A DNA stretch of 54,439 nt from Actinomycetes bacterium. GTDB lineage: Bacteria > Actinomycetota > Acidimicrobiia > IMCC26256 > PALSA-610. Both the position numbers and the translations under genes were made by a program. The first letter of the stretch is position 1. Each line of letters opens with the position of its first letter. Under the pieces are notes generated by a model. It worked only from the letters and a program-made list of their open reading frames with translations. It ran no database searches and was not told the DNA's origin. Of this stretch, positions 51,884 to 54,439 are shown piece after piece. The DNA is taken from contig JAODBJ010000213.1 in NCBI GenBank assembly GCA_025463905.1, forward strand, positions 1 through 54,439. The letters run 5' to 3'.

Positions 51884-52323
51884 AGATCACGGTGGGGATC
51901 ACCGTCGACGTTCCCCCGCGCGAATTGTGGCGGTACCTCGAACGCATCGAAGACCACGTCGAATGGATGGCAGACGCGCGCGCGATCACTTTCGTTTCGT
52001 CGCACCATCGCGGCATCGGCACCGAGTTCGACTGTCTCACGAGGGTCGGCCCGTTCCGAACCACCGACCGCATGACGGTGACCGAATGGGAGCCGGGGCG
52101 CGCCATGGGCATCATCCACCGCGGCATATTCACCGGGCGCGGTCGCTTCGTGCTGCGACGGCGGCGGCACGGCCGCACGCGCTTCTCCTGGCAGGAACGC
52201 CTGCAATTCCCCTTGTGGATGGGTGGTCCCGTCGGCGCGCTCGCCGCGAAACCCGTGCTGCGCGCGATCTGGCGCAGGAACTTGCGACGGTTGAAGCAGA
52301 AAGCCGAAGCGTCGGCTGCGTAG
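51880..52323 (+). CDS. SRPBCC (START-like) family protein
   Basis: ATGA overlap with galT; W..L...E.H.EWM.DA, VTEWEPG pattern. Confidence 0.8.
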   Translation: MKITVGITVDVPPRELWRYLERIEDHVEWMADARAITFVSSHHRGIGTEFDCLTRVGPFRTTDRMTVTEWEPGRAMGIIHRGIFTGRGRFVLRRRRHGRTRFSWQERLQFPLWMGGPVGALAAKPVLRAIWRRNLRRLKQKAEASAA

Positions 52324-52333
52324 CGTTGGCTCG

Positions 52334-53332
52334 ATGACGACACCGACCATGACCACACCGCGTATCCCCTACGGCATGAGCGTGGCCGGGGTGCAAACCC
52401 TCGGCGCACCGATGTCGGTCGACGTGGCCCGAGAAGCAGACTCGCTCGGCTACCAATCGGTGTGGGCCGCCGAGGCGAACGCGGCTGAAGCCTTCTCGTT
52501 GCTCGGTGCGATCAGCACCGCCGCGCCGGGTATCGGCCTCGGCACGGGCGTGATCGCGTTGCAGTTGCGCACGCCACCACTCGCCGCCATGGCCGCCGCG
52601 ACCCTCCAACAACTTGCACCCGAGCGCGACGTGTACCTCGGCGTCGGCATTTCGTCACCGGCGGTCGCGGGCCAATGGCACGGCGCCGGTTACGGCGACC
52701 GTCCCATCGCACAAGTTCGCGAGTACGTGGCGCTCGTTCGCGAATGCTTGAGTGGCGAGCAGGTCACGTTCGAAGGCGACTTCTACCAGGTGAACCGCTT
52801 CCGGCTCGGTCTGCGCCTCGATGAACGCAAACCCAAGATCGTCGTGGCCGCACTCAACGAGCAGATGTTGCGCCTCGCGGGAGCGATCGCCGACGGCGTG
52901 TTGCTGAATTACCTCCCAGCGTCGGTCGTGCCGTGGTGCGTGGAACAGATTCGTAAGGGCGGCGACGCGAAGATCTACGCGTTCGTGCACGCCGCCGTCA
53001 CCGACCGCGACCGTTACGCCGATCTCGCACGCAAGGATCTCTTGAACTACGCGGTCGTGGACGCGTACGCGAACCAGTTCGCCCGCGCCGGTTACGCCGA
53101 CGACGTCGAATCGTTCCGTGCACACTGGAAGGCGCGCGACCGCGACAGTGCCCTCGCCGCGATCGGCGACCGCTGGGTCGACGAAGTGCAGATCATGGGA
53201 GACGCGACTCACGTACGGGCGGCGGTTTCGGCCTATGCCGACGCCGGTGTCGACGTTCCGATCCTCTTTGCGTTGCCCTGGGGCGAGGACCGCCGGGCCA
53301 CCGTCAGCGCCACTCTCCGCGCCCTCGCCTGA
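52334..53332 (+). CDS. Luciferase-like (LLM) oxidoreductase, probably F420-dependent
   Basis: GYQSVW.AE, LGTGV, LGVGISSP, AGAIADGVLLN; F420 genes are present in the window. Confidence 0.85.
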   Translation: MTTPTMTTPRIPYGMSVAGVQTLGAPMSVDVAREADSLGYQSVWAAEANAAEAFSLLGAISTAAPGIGLGTGVIALQLRTPPLAAMAAATLQQLAPERDVYLGVGISSPAVAGQWHGAGYGDRPIAQVREYVALVRECLSGEQVTFEGDFYQVNRFRLGLRLDERKPKIVVAALNEQMLRLAGAIADGVLLNYLPASVVPWCVEQIRKGGDAKIYAFVHAAVTDRDRYADLARKDLLNYAVVDAYANQFARAGYADDVESFRAHWKARDRDSALAAIGDRWVDEVQIMGDATHVRAAVSAYADAGVDVPILFALPWGEDRRATVSATLRALA

Positions 53333-53395
53333 GGAAGTTCGCGCCCAACACTGTCGGCCCCAACATTCGGTGCCGTTCGTGGCTTTACTTTCGCG

Positions 53396-53896
53396 GTGGA
53401 CACCGGAGGGTCGTTCGAGACCTGGTACGAGGCGAGATACCGACGCCTCCTCGGTGCCGTCGCGGTTGCGGTGGGGGACCTCGACGAAGCGCGCGAAGCC
53501 ACCGACGAAGCGTTCTGCCGGGCACTGAACCATTGGAAGCGCGTCCAGACCATGGCAGCGCCCGAAGCGTGGACGTACCGCGTCGCCATCAACGTGCAGC
53601 GGCGGCGCGCGAAACGTCGGGCGATAGAAGTGCGGTTGCTCACCAAGATCGCGCCAAGAGACATCGCATGGGAGCACGACCTCGAGGTGTGGGACGCCGT
53701 CGCGCAACTGCCGCCGCGGCAACGGGCGGTCGTCGCGCTCCGCTACGTCGCCGACATGACCGAAGCCGACATCGCGACCGCACTCGGCGTTACCCGAGGC
53801 ACGGTCGCGTCCCAACTCCACGATGCGCTCCGGGCGCTACGCCAGTCGCTGCGCGAACCGGCGACGCTCGTCGGTGAGGACGACCGCCATGGATGA
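53396..53896 (+). CDS. ECF (SigE-like) RNA polymerase sigma factor
   Basis: EAFCRALNHW, LPPRQRAVVALRY, GTVASQL. Confidence 0.88.
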   Translation: MDTGGSFETWYEARYRRLLGAVAVAVGDLDEAREATDEAFCRALNHWKRVQTMAAPEAWTYRVAINVQRRRAKRRAIEVRLLTKIAPRDIAWEHDLEVWDAVAQLPPRQRAVVALRYVADMTEADIATALGVTRGTVASQLHDALRALRQSLREPATLVGEDDRHG

Positions 53897-54439
53897 CTTG
53901 GAACGCGCCGGCACGGCCTTCGCCGACCGGCCCGAACTCGAACCGACCCCGGTCGGCGTGATCAGAGAACTGGCGCACCGCCGGCGCCGGCGCACCCGCA
54001 TCGCGGCCACGGTCGCAATCGCAGCCGCCGCGACGGTCACGACCATCGTCGCCGGCGCCATCACGACCACCCACCGCACGTCAGCCGGCAGCGTGTTCGC
54101 CGGCGGCCCCTCGACCGCACGCCAAACTGCCTCGTCGTCGACCACGACACCGCCCTCGTCACCGGCAAATTCGCCGACCACAACGCAGGCACCCACGCCG
54201 ATCAAACCGCTGTTCACGCCCGCACACACGGCGTACGTCGCGGGCGGCTTCGACGTGACCGAGTTCAGCTTCATGCAGACGCAGTACGGCATCCCGACGG
54301 CGATGACGCTCACGCCCGGCGCCGTTTGGTACTCGACCGGCGGCCGGCTCGTACGGTTCGACGCGTCGCGTAAATCGGTCACGCGGGTGACGCGAGTCGG
54401 CCTCGACATCGGGCAGCTCACGTCGACTCCCGGCACCGT
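53889..54439 (+). CDS. Putative single-TM anti-sigma factor (3' end outside window)
   Basis: Not in the ORF track. MDDLERAG...HRRRRRTRIAATVAIAAAATVTTIVAG then a Thr/Pro/Ser linker; overlaps the sigma stop and is open to the edge. Confidence 0.65.
   Translation, partial: MDDLERAGTAFADRPELEPTPVGVIRELAHRRRRRTRIAATVAIAAAATVTTIVAGAITTTHRTSAGSVFAGGPSTARQTASSSTTTPPSSPANSPTTTQAPTPIKPLFTPAHTAYVAGGFDVTEFSFMQTQYGIPTAMTLTPGAVWYSTGGRLVRFDASRKSVTRVTRVGLDIGQLTSTPGT

Overview
GC-rich actinobacterial chromosomal DNA; gene content and order suggest Acidimicrobiia (inference). It is mostly a conserved core region. From the left: a partial secreted coiled-coil gene, ftsX-ftsE, prfB, secA, a NarL-type response regulator, comF, mtnA, an SDR and ahcY. 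Next comes a long cell-envelope glycan block (GT-C membrane proteins, PGI/PMI, Trm112, manB, DUF5719-like, three GT2s, galE, manC, uxs, ugd, two LCPs), interrupted by CPBP/ftsH and by F420 genes (cofD, cofE, stand-alone nitroreductase). The right end holds acyl-CoA DH, an SGNH protein, pabB/pabC, birA, accA/bccA, phzF, an epimerase, lpdA-like, galT-like, SRPBCC, an LLM oxidoreductase and an ECF sigma/anti-sigma pair. I saw no rRNA, tRNA, CRISPR array or transposase. The best candidate for an undescribed system is an orphan AbiEi-HTH/DUF559(Vsr-like) nuclease gene (7651-8580) bracketed by two ~65-bp palindromes, with a third solo copy at ~23 kb. A second covarying 37-bp palindrome family occurs at 457 and 48559. 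Several palindromes supply host stop codons, and synonymous codons beside one of them show a sharp strand-specific skew. Together this resembles a REP/RAYT-like nuclease-plus-dispersed-palindrome system built on a different nuclease fold. All family assignments are from motif recognition by eye, not database searches.
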